NCBI GenBank assembly: GCA_011364975.1 | Contig: RDOE01000001.1 | Location: 1-64,000 of the forward strand | DNA: 64,000 nucleotides | DNA from: Promethearchaeota archaeon | Lineage (GTDB): Archaea > Asgardarchaeota > Lokiarchaeia > Sigyniarchaeales > SOKP01 | Direction of reading: 5' to 3' | Shown: positions 38,677 through 48,609 of the stretch, one piece after another | How the letters are laid out: each line of letters begins with the position of its first letter | Numbering within the stretch: the first letter of the stretch is position 1 | Position numbers and translations under genes: made by a program | Notes under the pieces: model-generated | What the model saw: only the letters and a program-made list of their open reading frames with translations | The model's database searches: none | What the model was told of the DNA's origin: nothing

Positions 38677-40119
38677 ATGGTTAATATTATTGAAAAAATT
38701 CCCGTACATATTGGGTTGTTTGGTCATATTGACAGTGGAAAGACAGCCATTGCAGCTGTCCTAAGTGAATTTATTTCTACTGCAGGAATTGATGCTCATC
38801 CTCAGAGTAAGGAAAGAGGAATAACCATAGATTTAGGATTTACCAGCTTTATTTTAGGAGATTATTTAATCACTTTAGTTGATGGTCCAGGTCATTCTGA
38901 TTTGATTAAGATAAGCGCATCTTCAGTTGAAATTATTGATTGTGCACTATTAGTAATTGATATTACTAAAGGCCCTCAAGTTCAGACTGGTGAACACTTA
39001 ATTATGATTGAATCTCTAAATATCCAGAATATTATTGTTGTTTTAAATAAAATTGACCTTTTTAAGGGAAATATTGGTAAAGAAATTGAAAAAATACGAA
39101 AATTTTTTGATTCAACATCATTTGGAGCTAATATTCCAATTTATGCTGTTTCTGCGAAATTAAAAACTGGATTTGAAGAGTTAAAGGAAGGAATTTTGCA
39201 TAAAATTCAATCCTTAGAGATTGAAAGGAATACTGAAGGAAATCTAATAATCCCTATCGATCATCATTTTTCTATTAAAGGTAGAGGATCAGTGGTGACT
39301 GGGACAATTTTAAATGGTAGAATAGCAATAAATCAAATCCTTCATATATTACCCATTGATACTTCGGGTAGGGTTAAATCTATTCAAATTTTTCATAATA
39401 ATGTCCAAAATGCTGAAGCTGGAGATAGAGTGGGAATAAATTTTAAGGGGATCGATTTAAAAAGTGTTTATAGAGGTTGTTATGCGACAAACAATAAACA
39501 AGCATTTGATTATGCAAATATTTTAGATTTAGAAATTAAAAAGAATAAATTATTCAAGCATGAAACGCGTTTCGGAACTCAAGTTCATGTAACCATTGGT
39601 ATGGTTACTTCAGTAGGTTATGTTTTTCCTTACTATAAATTAAATCAAAAAAGAGTACAGATTGATGTAATTGAAGGAAAAAGTAATTTTAATGCTTTCT
39701 TATGGTTAAATGAAAAGGTATTAGTTAATAAAGTAAAAAATTTAATGCTAATTAGTCGATTAGATTTACCTCCAACAACTCTAAGGATATTAGGAGCTGC
39801 AACAATTCTAAATGTTCTTAAAGACCCCCCCACACTATATAAATTTAAAATTAAAAAAGGAATCATTACGAATCCCCAACATTCACAAGGAATTATTTGT
39901 TCTGGTTTAGCAAATAGCCTCGAAGGAGCAAAAAAAATTATAGGTAGAGCTTTAGAAACCCCTTACACGAAAGTAATAAGCCCATTTGGTACTAAAGGTG
40001 CAGTAATTGTCGGGGTAAAGGATAATATAAGCAAAATAGAGAAGGGTGATTTTGTTGTATTAAAAGATCTAAGGAGTTTTAAATTAAATCCAAAAAAATA
40101 TTTAAAAGGTCAAAGTTAA
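38677..40119 (+). CDS. selB: selenocysteine-specific elongation factor (aSelB/EFSec)
   Basis: GHIDSGKT, PQSKERGITIDLGF, DGPGH, DHHFSIKGRG, SRLD, FG..G; near tRNA-Sec and SepSecS. Confidence 0.9.
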   Translation: MVNIIEKIPVHIGLFGHIDSGKTAIAAVLSEFISTAGIDAHPQSKERGITIDLGFTSFILGDYLITLVDGPGHSDLIKISASSVEIIDCALLVIDITKGPQVQTGEHLIMIESLNIQNIIVVLNKIDLFKGNIGKEIEKIRKFFDSTSFGANIPIYAVSAKLKTGFEELKEGILHKIQSLEIERNTEGNLIIPIDHHFSIKGRGSVVTGTILNGRIAINQILHILPIDTSGRVKSIQIFHNNVQNAEAGDRVGINFKGIDLKSVYRGCYATNNKQAFDYANILDLEIKKNKLFKHETRFGTQVHVTIGMVTSVGYVFPYYKLNQKRVQIDVIEGKSNFNAFLWLNEKVLVNKVKNLMLISRLDLPPTTLRILGAATILNVLKDPPTLYKFKIKKGIITNPQHSQGIICSGLANSLEGAKKIIGRALETPYTKVISPFGTKGAVIVGVKDNISKIEKGDFVVLKDLRSFKLNPKKYLKGQS

Positions 40120-40146
40120 TTTATTATATTAAAAGAGGTATTAAAA

Positions 40147-40581
40147 ATGGAGAGAATTCGAAGTTCAGAGCTTGATATCGATCCAGACATTTTAGCGGAT
40201 TTAATGAAAAATCTAGAGCAATTAGAAAGCTCAACTGATTTAGAGGGAACGGCAATTGTTTCAAAAACCGGTTTAAGAATCGCAAGTTCTGAAACTGCCG
40301 ATGTAGTTGCTGATATTTATAGTGCTAGTCCAGCTACACTAATCTCACTTGGAGAAAAAATAAGCACTGGATTAGGTCAGGGTGAACTTAGAGAAATTGT
40401 AATTAAAGGAATAAAGGGATATACTATAATTCTAGTTGGTGATGCGGGAAATAATTTCATGCTTTTTACTAATTGTAAAAAAGGTTATAAATTAGGGTAT
40501 TATTTCCATAAAATAAGAAAAGCTTTTAAAGAAATGGAACCAGTATTAATGAAAATTGAAAGTTCGAGTTTACATACGTAA
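40147..40581 (+). CDS. roadblock/LC7 domain protein
   Basis: GTAIVSKTGL.IAS, G.L.EIVIKG..GY. Confidence 0.85.
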   Translation: MERIRSSELDIDPDILADLMKNLEQLESSTDLEGTAIVSKTGLRIASSETADVVADIYSASPATLISLGEKISTGLGQGELREIVIKGIKGYTIILVGDAGNNFMLFTNCKKGYKLGYYFHKIRKAFKEMEPVLMKIESSSLHT

Positions 40582-40589
40582 TCTTTCCT

Positions 40590-40976
40590 TTATGCAACTC
40601 TTTCCCATTTTACCAGATCACCATCATTTAAAGAATATACTGCGGCTCCAACTCCAGGACTGTAATTATTTACTAAATAAATCCAACTACCTCCTACCCC
40701 ATCTATAATTCTAACTATTATTCCCCATCCAAAATCCTCGTATTCAATATCACACCACTTGTTAAGTGCATCAAAAGCAGTAGTCTTTCCTCCTTCAAGA
40801 GTAAAATTGTATTGTTCTTTTATTGTTCCGTTGTTATAATCTACGATTAATGAAATATTTTCCACAATAGACAGAGTTTGGGGTCGTTCATAGAGAGAAA
40901 AGTTAAACATAAGTAAAATTGTAAAAAAGGAAAACCCAATTATAGCTAGTAAGAAAAATTTAACCGATTTTTTCAT
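40590..40976 (-). CDS. DUF4430 (transcobalamin C-terminal-like) membrane-anchored protein
   Basis: TAFDAL, G..V..IDGV, WIYLVN...VGA..Y.L.DGD.V.W. Confidence 0.8.
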   Translation of the reverse strand: MKKSVKFFLLAIIGFSFFTILLMFNFSLYERPQTLSIVENISLIVDYNNGTIKEQYNFTLEGGKTTAFDALNKWCDIEYEDFGWGIIVRIIDGVGGSWIYLVNNYSPGVGAAVYSLNDGDLVKWERVA

Positions 40977-41000
40977 TGGATACTCCTAACAATATATAAA

Positions 41001-42407
41001 TTATAAATCTGATTTGATTCTTCTCTTTAGGTTCATGATAATAAATGCGATTGAAACTCCAAAGAAAGCCAATATAACTATCATTGGAAATGAATCTATT
41101 TGATTATCTGGTTGCTCTGGTGGATTTTCAATTTGAGGTGGCGTAAATTCTTCAATACTCATCTCTAAAATATATGGATTAATATAAGTTGAAGCCCATA
41201 ATAATAATCCAGTTCTCTTTTCATAGATTAAATGAGTACTTTGTTCAAAACCTCCTATTTGATCATAATAGAATCCTATCGTTAATTCAGTCTCCTTGAT
41301 AGAAACTTCTCCTGGGTTAGCAGAATTCAATGCTATTTCGTTTAACAAGGTAATGTTATCTATTATAGGGCTTAAAAACCCAGTCTGAAAGCCTAAGAAT
41401 CCTATACCCATTTGTAATGCAGCTTCTCGGTTTGATATATTTGTGAATGAGATTATTGGTCCAATTGGTCCAAAATAACCCTTATAAAAAATTTCGATAT
41501 CAAACCAAGCTCTCATGATATCAAGTGAAAAAGCATCTAGCGACCAATTAGGTTCATTAACATCTCTTGGATAGAAACCTGTGAAGTTGATGGTTACAAA
41601 GCCGCCAGGATTAGTAGTCCATGTATCTATATAATTAAAGTCCCAGTCATACCAAAAAGCAGATCCTTCGAATTTTAAGATATCATAGACATAAAGAGTA
41701 TCTAAGTCTAAAGAATAATTAGTTAATGACATCTCCAGTTTATATCCAAGTGGATTAGTAATTGGAATCATTTCGGTATACGCCCAAATAAGTAATCCGG
41801 TTGCTTTATCATAAATCAATGTTGTGTTTTGAGCACCAGAATCTTGCCGAAAATCAAATGATATAAAATTGTATGTTTCTTCAACACTGACAGTCCCAGG
41901 CATAAATCCTGAATCTTGCGCTAAAGCTAATTCCTTTAATTCAGTGAAATTATTTAATGCAATAAGGAATCCAGATTGAAAAGCGTTGTACCCCAGGAGC
42001 ATATTAAAAGCCGCTTCTCCATTTGAAACATTATAGAATGTGTGATTTGATATTAACGTACCGAAGTCATTTTTAACAAACTCTAAGTTCATATAAGGCA
42101 TAGGACTACCAAATAGATTAAATACGTCGTTAGAATCTTTATCATAAAAGCCAGTGAAGTTTACAATTATTTGCCCTCCAAAATTAGTTGAAAGATTATA
42201 TTTTGATGCCCAGTCAAATCCAATCCAGTTCAAATCTCCTCCAAATTGAGTGACATTATATACATACGTAGTGTTTAGATTTAGATTCTGAGAATAATTA
42301 GCTGGAATTTCGTGATCTGCTCTGGAAGTCGTTATAACAATGAAATCGATGCTTGTAATAAGCAATAAAGAACTGAATATTATGGAAATAACTTTGTTTT
42401 TCCTCAT
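41001..42407 (-). CDS. secreted surface protein with two internal repeats and a Loki-CTERM-like anchor
   Basis: Signal peptide; duplicated YVY.....F.G...GG.I.INFTGFY and LIY.K.TGLL.WA; P-rich linker, IDSFP, TM helix, KRR. Confidence 0.75.
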   Translation of the reverse strand: MRKNKVISIIFSSLLLITSIDFIVITTSRADHEIPANYSQNLNLNTTYVYNVTQFGGDLNWIGFDWASKYNLSTNFGGQIIVNFTGFYDKDSNDVFNLFGSPMPYMNLEFVKNDFGTLISNHTFYNVSNGEAAFNMLLGYNAFQSGFLIALNNFTELKELALAQDSGFMPGTVSVEETYNFISFDFRQDSGAQNTTLIYDKATGLLIWAYTEMIPITNPLGYKLEMSLTNYSLDLDTLYVYDILKFEGSAFWYDWDFNYIDTWTTNPGGFVTINFTGFYPRDVNEPNWSLDAFSLDIMRAWFDIEIFYKGYFGPIGPIISFTNISNREAALQMGIGFLGFQTGFLSPIIDNITLLNEIALNSANPGEVSIKETELTIGFYYDQIGGFEQSTHLIYEKRTGLLLWASTYINPYILEMSIEEFTPPQIENPPEQPDNQIDSFPMIVILAFFGVSIAFIIMNLKRRIKSDL

Positions 42408-42439
42408 ATTAAAATTACCTATCATACTTCTTGTGTTTA

Positions 42440-42493
42440 TTAAGTTACAAAATTTAATCTCTCCTAACATTTAAAATTAGCCAAATTACCCTA
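42440..42493 (-). promoter_or_regulatory. 54-bp promoter/operator module, copy 1
   Basis: TAGGGTAATTTGGCTAATTTTAAAT..ATTAAATTTTGTAACTTAA, ending 33 nt before ATG 42407. Confidence 0.7.
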
Positions 42494-42815
42494 TATATAA
42501 TATTTATCGATCTTAGGATTATTAAGGAATATACATACCTTATTTTCATAAATCTTACTATTTTCTGTAGGGTGGTTTCTATATTTAAGTAATTTAAGAC
42601 TAATTTTGTTTAATTGTTGAATTTGTATTTAGTTGATATAAAAGAATATATTAATAATTATTTTTGTTAAAAATTAATAAAGTATTATTTCTTTATATGG
42701 AAGAAATCTAAAGGTTTATTCTTGATTTTTTATATCCACCCTAATAAGATAGGATTGCTTTTTCACATAGAGAGCCAATTATATTGATAATTTTATGATA
42801 TCGAATTTTTCTCAC

Positions 42816-42869
42816 TAGGGTAATTTGGCTAGTTTTAAATTGAAGTGGATATTAAATATTATAACTTAA
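42816..42869 (+). promoter_or_regulatory. 54-bp promoter/operator module, copy 2
   Basis: 45/54 identical to copy 1, ending 33 nt before GTG 42902. Confidence 0.7.
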
Positions 42870-42901
42870 GCAGCAATAAAAACAAAAAATTTGAGTAAAT
42901 T

Positions 42902-43519
42902 GTGATTACAGAGGAAACTATAAAAAAAGATAATATTGAACATTTGAATCATTCGGTATGGTTAAGAAAGCAATCTGTTCGATTTGCGTTGATTGCAACT
43001 TTTTCAGCGCTGTCTGTAGTCTTAGGTTATATGTTAGCTTATATCCCTAATATCGAAATTTTTACTCTAATGATATTTCTTTCTGGCTTTATTATGGGAA
43101 AAAGGGATGGAATGATTATAGGTTTGTTAAGCTCCGCAATTTTCACATTTTTAAATCCTTTAGGCCCGTCTCCATTACCTCTTTTTGCATACCAATTAGC
43201 TCATTATTCTTTAACAGGATTATCTGGTGCCCTGACAAGAAGTTATCTGAATAATAAGGATTTTTTTAAGCCTAAGGAAGATTTATATTTACTCAAGATT
43301 ATTATTATTTTTGGTATAACAGGTGGACTACTCACTTTTACATATGATATTTTAAGTACCTTTTTTGGAGGATTAATTGTTTCTCCTAAAATAGAATACT
43401 TCATTATAACATATTTTTCTGGAATAATATTTACAAGTATTCATTTAATCGGAAATATTCTAGGTTTTATATTCATTTTACCAGGATTAATCCAACTAGT
43501 ATTAAGACTTTTAGACTAA
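42902..43519 (+). CDS. ECF transporter S component, CbrT-like (cobalamin?)
   Basis: IPNIE....IF.SG...G...G, T..YD..ST, H...N pattern; about 6 TM. Confidence 0.75.
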   Translation: MITEETIKKDNIEHLNHSVWLRKQSVRFALIATFSALSVVLGYMLAYIPNIEIFTLMIFLSGFIMGKRDGMIIGLLSSAIFTFLNPLGPSPLPLFAYQLAHYSLTGLSGALTRSYLNNKDFFKPKEDLYLLKIIIIFGITGGLLTFTYDILSTFFGGLIVSPKIEYFIITYFSGIIFTSIHLIGNILGFIFILPGLIQLVLRLLD

Positions 43520-43565
43520 TATAGAATACTATAAAAAAAGAGTGATTATGTTCAAATTTATTCAT

Positions 43566-44054
43566 CTATTCATTCTGTGTTAGTAAGGTAACCTTTCCAC
43601 CAACAGCTTCTATTTTTTCGATTGCTTGTTTAGATGCCTTATTTACAGAGAGATTAATTTTTTTATTAATTTCTCCTCGGCCTAAAATTTTTTGAACATT
43701 AATATCTTTTAAATTAATTGTAAAAGTATTGCCTGATTTTGTTGCGATATTATCTTGTACCAATAGTTCTATTTTTAAATCTAAATCTTTCACATTTAAA
43801 GTATTTACTTGATGTATACGTTTCATATCCTGAGGTCTATTGAAACCCTTGAAACCTAATTTCCAGTTAGGATCCGGGAATCCTAATTCTTTTTGCTTAT
43901 AATAATAAGATTTCATACTTTTATTCCATTGGGTAGTGGTTCCCCTACCAGCCCGTTGACCAGTTTTTCGGTGTTGGCCTACACGTCCATAGCCAATTGT
44001 GCGAGTTCCTCGCTTTTTTCGTATTTTTTTAGCAAATTTTCTCAATTTTAACAC
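43566..44054 (-). CDS. rpl15: 50S ribosomal protein uL15
   Basis: RG.RT.GYG...HR, KILGRG, A.EKIEA.GG. Confidence 0.95.
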   Translation of the reverse strand: MLKLRKFAKKIRKKRGTRTIGYGRVGQHRKTGQRAGRGTTTQWNKSMKSYYYKQKELGFPDPNWKLGFKGFNRPQDMKRIHQVNTLNVKDLDLKIELLVQDNIATKSGNTFTINLKDINVQKILGRGEINKKINLSVNKASKQAIEKIEAVGGKVTLLTQNE

Positions 44055-44064
44055 ACCTTAGGAA

Positions 44065-44610
44065 TTATATCATTTTATGTATTATTTCGTTTATATGGGA
44101 TTCAACATAACCTAGCGTTCCTCCCTCGGTATAATGCTTTTTAATTGAACCTCGATGTCCCTTAATTGGGGGATGAAGTCGAAACACTGGTTTAATCTTT
44201 TTTATATCTTTAGAGTTATATTTTATCTTTCCGGATAATAAAGCTTTGGCAAATTCCTTAATGCCTTTAAATGGAGTTAAATTTTTAATATGTTCGTCGT
44301 TGAGTGGTTTATTACCTTCTATTCTTCCTCTTACTCTTAATAAACGTACTAAAGTTTTTTCATCAATTTCTCCATAAGCAATATAATCCTTGCATTTTTG
44401 AAGCATACCGCGATAACTTTGATCACCCCAAAGTAAAACTCCATGGTTTAATTTATGCATTCTTAGCATTTTCAATGTATCTTCTATAGAACGTTTCATT
44501 CCAGGAGCTCCTCTAATACGTATTGCAAAATACAATACTGCAGGGTTTTCTTCTTTTACTTTAGTCTTCTTTTTCATAATAATTTTATCTTCTGCCATCA
44601 TTTTCTCCAC
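44065..44610 (-). CDS. rpl30: 50S ribosomal protein uL30
   Basis: AIRIRG, TL.MLR, FRLHPP.KG. Confidence 0.95.
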   Translation of the reverse strand: MEKMMAEDKIIMKKKTKVKEENPAVLYFAIRIRGAPGMKRSIEDTLKMLRMHKLNHGVLLWGDQSYRGMLQKCKDYIAYGEIDEKTLVRLLRVRGRIEGNKPLNDEHIKNLTPFKGIKEFAKALLSGKIKYNSKDIKKIKPVFRLHPPIKGHRGSIKKHYTEGGTLGYVESHINEIIHKMI

Positions 44611-44617
44611 TCATCCG

Positions 44618-45232
44618 TTATAAATTAAAATTATATTTATGAGCATTTTTTAAGGCATCAAAAGTTGCCTTAACTAAATTTTCACTTGTTCTCGTATCAC
44701 CGAAGGTTTTGCTCCAAATATCTTCAATACCTGCTAATTTTAAAACTTGCTTTACTTTATCTGCAGAAGCTAATCCAACGCCAGCAGGAGCAGGGATTAA
44801 ACGTATCCTCACCGATCCACATTTCCCTTCAACTTTAAAGGGAATACTATGAGTATGCCCGCAACCACATTCTTTGCTTCCGCAGCCTCTTAGAATAGGA
44901 ATAACGGATAACTTAGCTTTATCAATAGCTTTTCTAATAGCTGGTCCTACCTCTCTACTTTTAGCAGAACCAACACCGATAAAACCTTCAGAACCAACGA
45001 GAACAACAGCTTTAAACTTTGATCTTTGTCCACTTGCTGACATTTGCTGAACCATTTTAATATGTACAACAGATTCTTCTAATTGTGGTAAGAGAATGTC
45101 AATAATTTCTTTTTCTTTAACAGGAAGGTTATTTTCAAAAATCTTATCTATCGTAATAAGGCCTTCTCTCACCAGTTCACCTAATTTTGTCTTAGGTATC
45201 CAAGTATCTTCAATATTTCTTGATCGACTCAT
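44618..45232 (-). CDS. rps5: 30S ribosomal protein uS5
   Basis: WIPKTKLG, HSIPFKVEGKCGSV, PAPAG.G. Confidence 0.97.
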   Translation of the reverse strand: MSRSRNIEDTWIPKTKLGELVREGLITIDKIFENNLPVKEKEIIDILLPQLEESVVHIKMVQQMSASGQRSKFKAVVLVGSEGFIGVGSAKSREVGPAIRKAIDKAKLSVIPILRGCGSKECGCGHTHSIPFKVEGKCGSVRIRLIPAPAGVGLASADKVKQVLKLAGIEDIWSKTFGDTRTSENLVKATFDALKNAHKYNFNL

Positions 45233-45244
45233 CTATTTTCACTT

Positions 45245-45838
45245 TTAAGCATTATTTGTTATAGTTTTTAATGTTTCGTTAAAAATTTGACTAATTTTTA
45301 ACGGATTTATTTTATTTTTTTTAATATATCCTGAAAAAGTTTGATTATATTTTTCAGGATCTTCATTCTTTAAAAGATTGGCATATTCCTCTATATGAGT
45401 TCCATTTATACGACCATTTAAGCCCTCTGGGAAAAATTCATCTCGATAAGGAATATCAACTTCTGCTTTGAGTAGTCCTTGAAAAGCTGCAAGTACTCGA
45501 TTTCGATGATAGAAAATACCTAAATCAAGAATAGCTTCTTTGATATTGTTCTTTTTTGCCCTTAAACCTGCAAGATATCCAGTTAAATAAGACGCAGGAA
45601 TATTTTTTGTATTCGCCTTCCATCCAAATTTCTTTCCTAACTCCTTTGAATGAGCAGAGATTAAAATCTTATCCCCACCAAGCTTTGATTCAATAAACTG
45701 CACTATAATATGATTATTTGAAGCTCTTATGACGGCCCTAATTTTTTTAGATTTTAACAATTTTAATCGTTTAGAATAATTTGTTCTTCCTTCTCCTCTT
45801 CTTCGAAGTGGTCTTCTATAGCGTGGACCTTTTGCCAT
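45245..45838 (-). CDS. rpl18: 50S ribosomal protein uL18
   Basis: MAKGPRY..RRR.EG.T.Y..RL.LL. Confidence 0.96.
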   Translation of the reverse strand: MAKGPRYRRPLRRRGEGRTNYSKRLKLLKSKKIRAVIRASNNHIIVQFIESKLGGDKILISAHSKELGKKFGWKANTKNIPASYLTGYLAGLRAKKNNIKEAILDLGIFYHRNRVLAAFQGLLKAEVDIPYRDEFFPEGLNGRINGTHIEEYANLLKNEDPEKYNQTFSGYIKKNKINPLKISQIFNETLKTITNNA

Positions 45839-45841
45839 TTC

Positions 45842-46297
45842 TTATCTTCCTCTCCTTATTAATTCTTTTTCTTTGATATAACGATGCATTTGAGCAACAC
45901 TATTAAACATCCCACCCTTCGCATTTTTATATAATTTTCTATAAGTTGTGGTGGTGATTAGTTTTCTATCTCGTAATTTTTTTAATTCACGCCTCTGTGG
46001 ACGAATTCTTTTCATCCAACCTTCTTTCTTTGGAGACCGTGAATGTTTGGTGCCTTTTCTTTTACCTAACCCGCTAGCTCTGCCTTTTTTCTTCCTCTCA
46101 TGATGTAAGTTTTTTCTGTATTTTGAAATACCCTTTTTGTATTTCTTTTGAATTATTCCTTCTTTTATTAAATTGCGAATATCATCTCTAGTGATAGCCA
46201 TTTTAATTTCTTCAATCAAATATGGGTCAAATAATACACGATTTTCTCCACATTTTAAAATTTCTGCGGCTATTCGTTTTTGGGCTTTTAAACTCAT
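45842..46297 (-). CDS. rpl19e: 50S ribosomal protein eL19
   Basis: LKAQKRIAA, AITRDDIR.LI, YRKLY..AKGG. Confidence 0.97.
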   Translation of the reverse strand: MSLKAQKRIAAEILKCGENRVLFDPYLIEEIKMAITRDDIRNLIKEGIIQKKYKKGISKYRKNLHHERKKKGRASGLGKRKGTKHSRSPKKEGWMKRIRPQRRELKKLRDRKLITTTTYRKLYKNAKGGMFNSVAQMHRYIKEKELIRRGR

Positions 46298-46322
46298 TTT
46301 TAATCACATCATCTTTTATTAT

Positions 46323-46796
46323 TTACTGTTCCTCTTCTTCGATAAAATCCTCATCAAAATCTTCAATCGAAGATTCAAGTATTGATTCTAAGCTTTCTAA
46401 TTCTGCTTGGGAAATTCCTATATTAAGAATCTTAAAACCTCTATTTTGAGCATAATCAATTAAAGCAATTCTTTTTTTAGCGCCTATTCTTCCTGATAAT
46501 TTTAGAGCATGCTTTTTGTTATTCAATCCTTTAATATCATTAATATTAAAGACTCTTACTTCCTCATATCCAGATGGATGTACCCCTCTTACTTTTTTAG
46601 GGCTTCTATACCCCACTGATGGAGATTTAACTCCTGATTTTTCTTTCATACGTGTTTGGGAATCAATTCCACGAGCTTTTCTCCATGGATCTTTAACTCT
46701 TTTGTATCTCCATGATTCTACTCGCCTAAAGGATGGGCGCTTTTTACTTAATTTTTTTCTTATATCCATTAATCTTTTTTGTTCCATGAGAATCAC
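46323..46796 (-). CDS. rpl32e: 50S ribosomal protein eL32
   Basis: P.F.R.ESWRYKR, WRKARGIDS, HPSG; acidic tail. Confidence 0.96.
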   Translation of the reverse strand: MILMEQKRLMDIRKKLSKKRPSFRRVESWRYKRVKDPWRKARGIDSQTRMKEKSGVKSPSVGYRSPKKVRGVHPSGYEEVRVFNINDIKGLNNKKHALKLSGRIGAKKRIALIDYAQNRGFKILNIGISQAELESLESILESSIEDFDEDFIEEEEQ

Positions 46797-46801
46797 CTTA
46801 A

Positions 46802-47380
46802 TTATTTAATTTGCCAGAGAATTTCTTCTCCAAGTTGTATCTTATAGACATATACTCCATCTTGAAAGACTCTTGGATCCTTTTTTCGGATTCGGCATGC
46901 ACGTTTGAGATTTGCCGCGGTTTGTCCTAATGCCTCTTTATCCGGTCCAATTAAAATGACATCATCACCTTGAACTTTAACTTCTACATGATCTTGGTAT
47001 TTGGTCTTTCTAGGAGCTCTCTCACCAAGAAAATTAACAACATGAATTTCTTGTCTATTCTGTTTAACTTCAACTGTACATGGAAAGTGACTATAACATA
47101 CCTTACAAATATATTTATAGTTAGTTTGAACACCTACAATTAAATTTTTAATGATATTGTAAATTGTATTAGTCAGCGCAAGAGTATTACCCTTTGGAAA
47201 ATGGGTTGAAAAAATTAGTTTATTTTTTTCTTTTAAGAACTTTATTCCTCTAATATGTGAGAAATCTTTCGTTATTGTTCCATTTGGGCCTTTTACAGTG
47301 ATAACATGTTCCTCACTAAAATCTACTTCAACGCCTTTAGGGATCTCCAATACTTCTTCATAAAATGCTGTTTTTACCAT
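46802..47380 (-). CDS. rpl6: 50S ribosomal protein uL6
   Basis: YSHFP, NFLGER, KDPRVFQDGVY. Confidence 0.97.
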   Translation of the reverse strand: MVKTAFYEEVLEIPKGVEVDFSEEHVITVKGPNGTITKDFSHIRGIKFLKEKNKLIFSTHFPKGNTLALTNTIYNIIKNLIVGVQTNYKYICKVCYSHFPCTVEVKQNRQEIHVVNFLGERAPRKTKYQDHVEVKVQGDDVILIGPDKEALGQTAANLKRACRIRKKDPRVFQDGVYVYKIQLGEEILWQIK

Positions 47381-47405
47381 AATCTCTCACCTTTTTAATT
47401 CTAAA

Positions 47406-47789
47406 CTAATAAATAAAACAGAGGGTCATTCCTCCAATATTTTTATCTTCTGCTTCTGACATTGTCATTATACCTTGATTCGTAGTTAAAACTATTATGC
47501 CCAACCCAGGAGCAGGAAGTAACTTACGCTCTAAAGCCTCGAATTGATTAACTTTATAATTTAATCGCATTAATCCAGAACATTCATTAATTTTACCAAG
47601 TAGGGCAATTTTAAATTTTCCCTGTCTTCCATCATCGTATCTTTCAAATTCTCCAATATACGCATACTGTTGGAAAATACGTAGAACTTTTTGTAATTCT
47701 TTTGAAGCAGGGCTGATCATTACCTCTTTTTTTCTTGCTCTTTCTGCATTCTTAAGCATATTACACGCATCAGTAATAGTATTTACCAT
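47406..47789 (-). CDS. rps8: 30S ribosomal protein uS8
   Basis: YIGEFE..DDGR.GK, L.GKIN.C, LTT.QG. Confidence 0.96.
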   Translation of the reverse strand: MVNTITDACNMLKNAERARKKEVMISPASKELQKVLRIFQQYAYIGEFERYDDGRQGKFKIALLGKINECSGLMRLNYKVNQFEALERKLLPAPGLGIIVLTTNQGIMTMSEAEDKNIGGMTLCFIY

Positions 47790-47812
47790 ATTTTTTACAC
47801 CTTATCATTTTT

Positions 47813-47959
47813 TTAATCAAATCTATGAAAGCCAATTTCTTTGCCAATCTCATAAAAACACCGTCGGCATATATAAAGACCATACCTTCTTATTAAACCT
47901 CTATGAGTATGGCATCTTCTGCATTCTCTCTTGCCTTTTCCCATTTTTCCTTGCGGCAT
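47813..47959 (-). CDS. rps14: 30S ribosomal protein uS14 (missed by the ORF track)
   Basis: [44 protein letters not shown]. Confidence 0.95.
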   Translation of the reverse strand: MPQGKMGKGKRECRRCHTHRGLIRRYGLYICRRCFYEIGKEIGFHRFD

Positions 47960-47980
47960 AATTATCATGATTTTGTTTAA

Positions 47981-48586
47981 TTATGTGTATTCTAAATTTA
48001 GTTTTTCTACAATATCAACATCAAATTTTTTTTGAAGGAAGTATTGTGATTCGAGTTTGGAAACATAATGATGTTTTGGAACTTTTGCTTTATGCTTTCT
48101 TCTATATCTTACTCTCATTCCAGGTCTTACAATTCTTCCGATAACATCAAGACCCCAGATTCCAATTAAATTATCATAATCGATACCTGGTATAGTAATA
48201 TGTTCTGTAATACCAAATCCAAAATTTCCATAATTATCAAAGCTATGTCTTAAAATTTTATCATTATTTACTAATAATAGCCTTTTAAGTAACTTTTCAG
48301 CTTCTTTTCCTCGAATAGTGACCTTTACTCCTATAGGTCTTCCTTTTCTTAAATTAAATTCTTTAATATTTTTTTTTGAAAGTGTTTTAACGGGTTCTTT
48401 TCCTGCGATGGTTTTTAAAACGGTTGTGGCCCTTTCTAATTCCTCGCCTCCAGAACCGACTCCAATATTTAATACAATCTTTTCTAAAAATGGTTTTTTC
48501 ATTGGATTAGTCCATAGTTCATCAAATTCTTTTTCAATTTCTTTTTGTGCCTTTTTATTCGCTTTTCTTTCAGCTCGACTTGACAT
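47981..48586 (-). CDS. rpl5: 50S ribosomal protein uL5
   Basis: NPM, VLNIGVG, PIGVKVTIRG, GNFGFGI.EH. Confidence 0.97.
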   Translation of the reverse strand: MSSRAERKANKKAQKEIEKEFDELWTNPMKKPFLEKIVLNIGVGSGGEELERATTVLKTIAGKEPVKTLSKKNIKEFNLRKGRPIGVKVTIRGKEAEKLLKRLLLVNNDKILRHSFDNYGNFGFGITEHITIPGIDYDNLIGIWGLDVIGRIVRPGMRVRYRRKHKAKVPKHHYVSKLESQYFLQKKFDVDIVEKLNLEYT

Positions 48587-48609
48587 TATTTTTCACATCC
48601 TCTCATTAC

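Noticed and set aside
42469-42840. MITE bounded by 25-bp terminal inverted repeats
   Set aside because: No target-site duplication; similarity continues outward with identical spacing to both start codons, which fits duplicated promoters better.
43865-43888. Hairpin inside rpl15 as a second mRNA intron
   Set aside because: The frame is intact and no 4-bp central helix flanks the hairpin.
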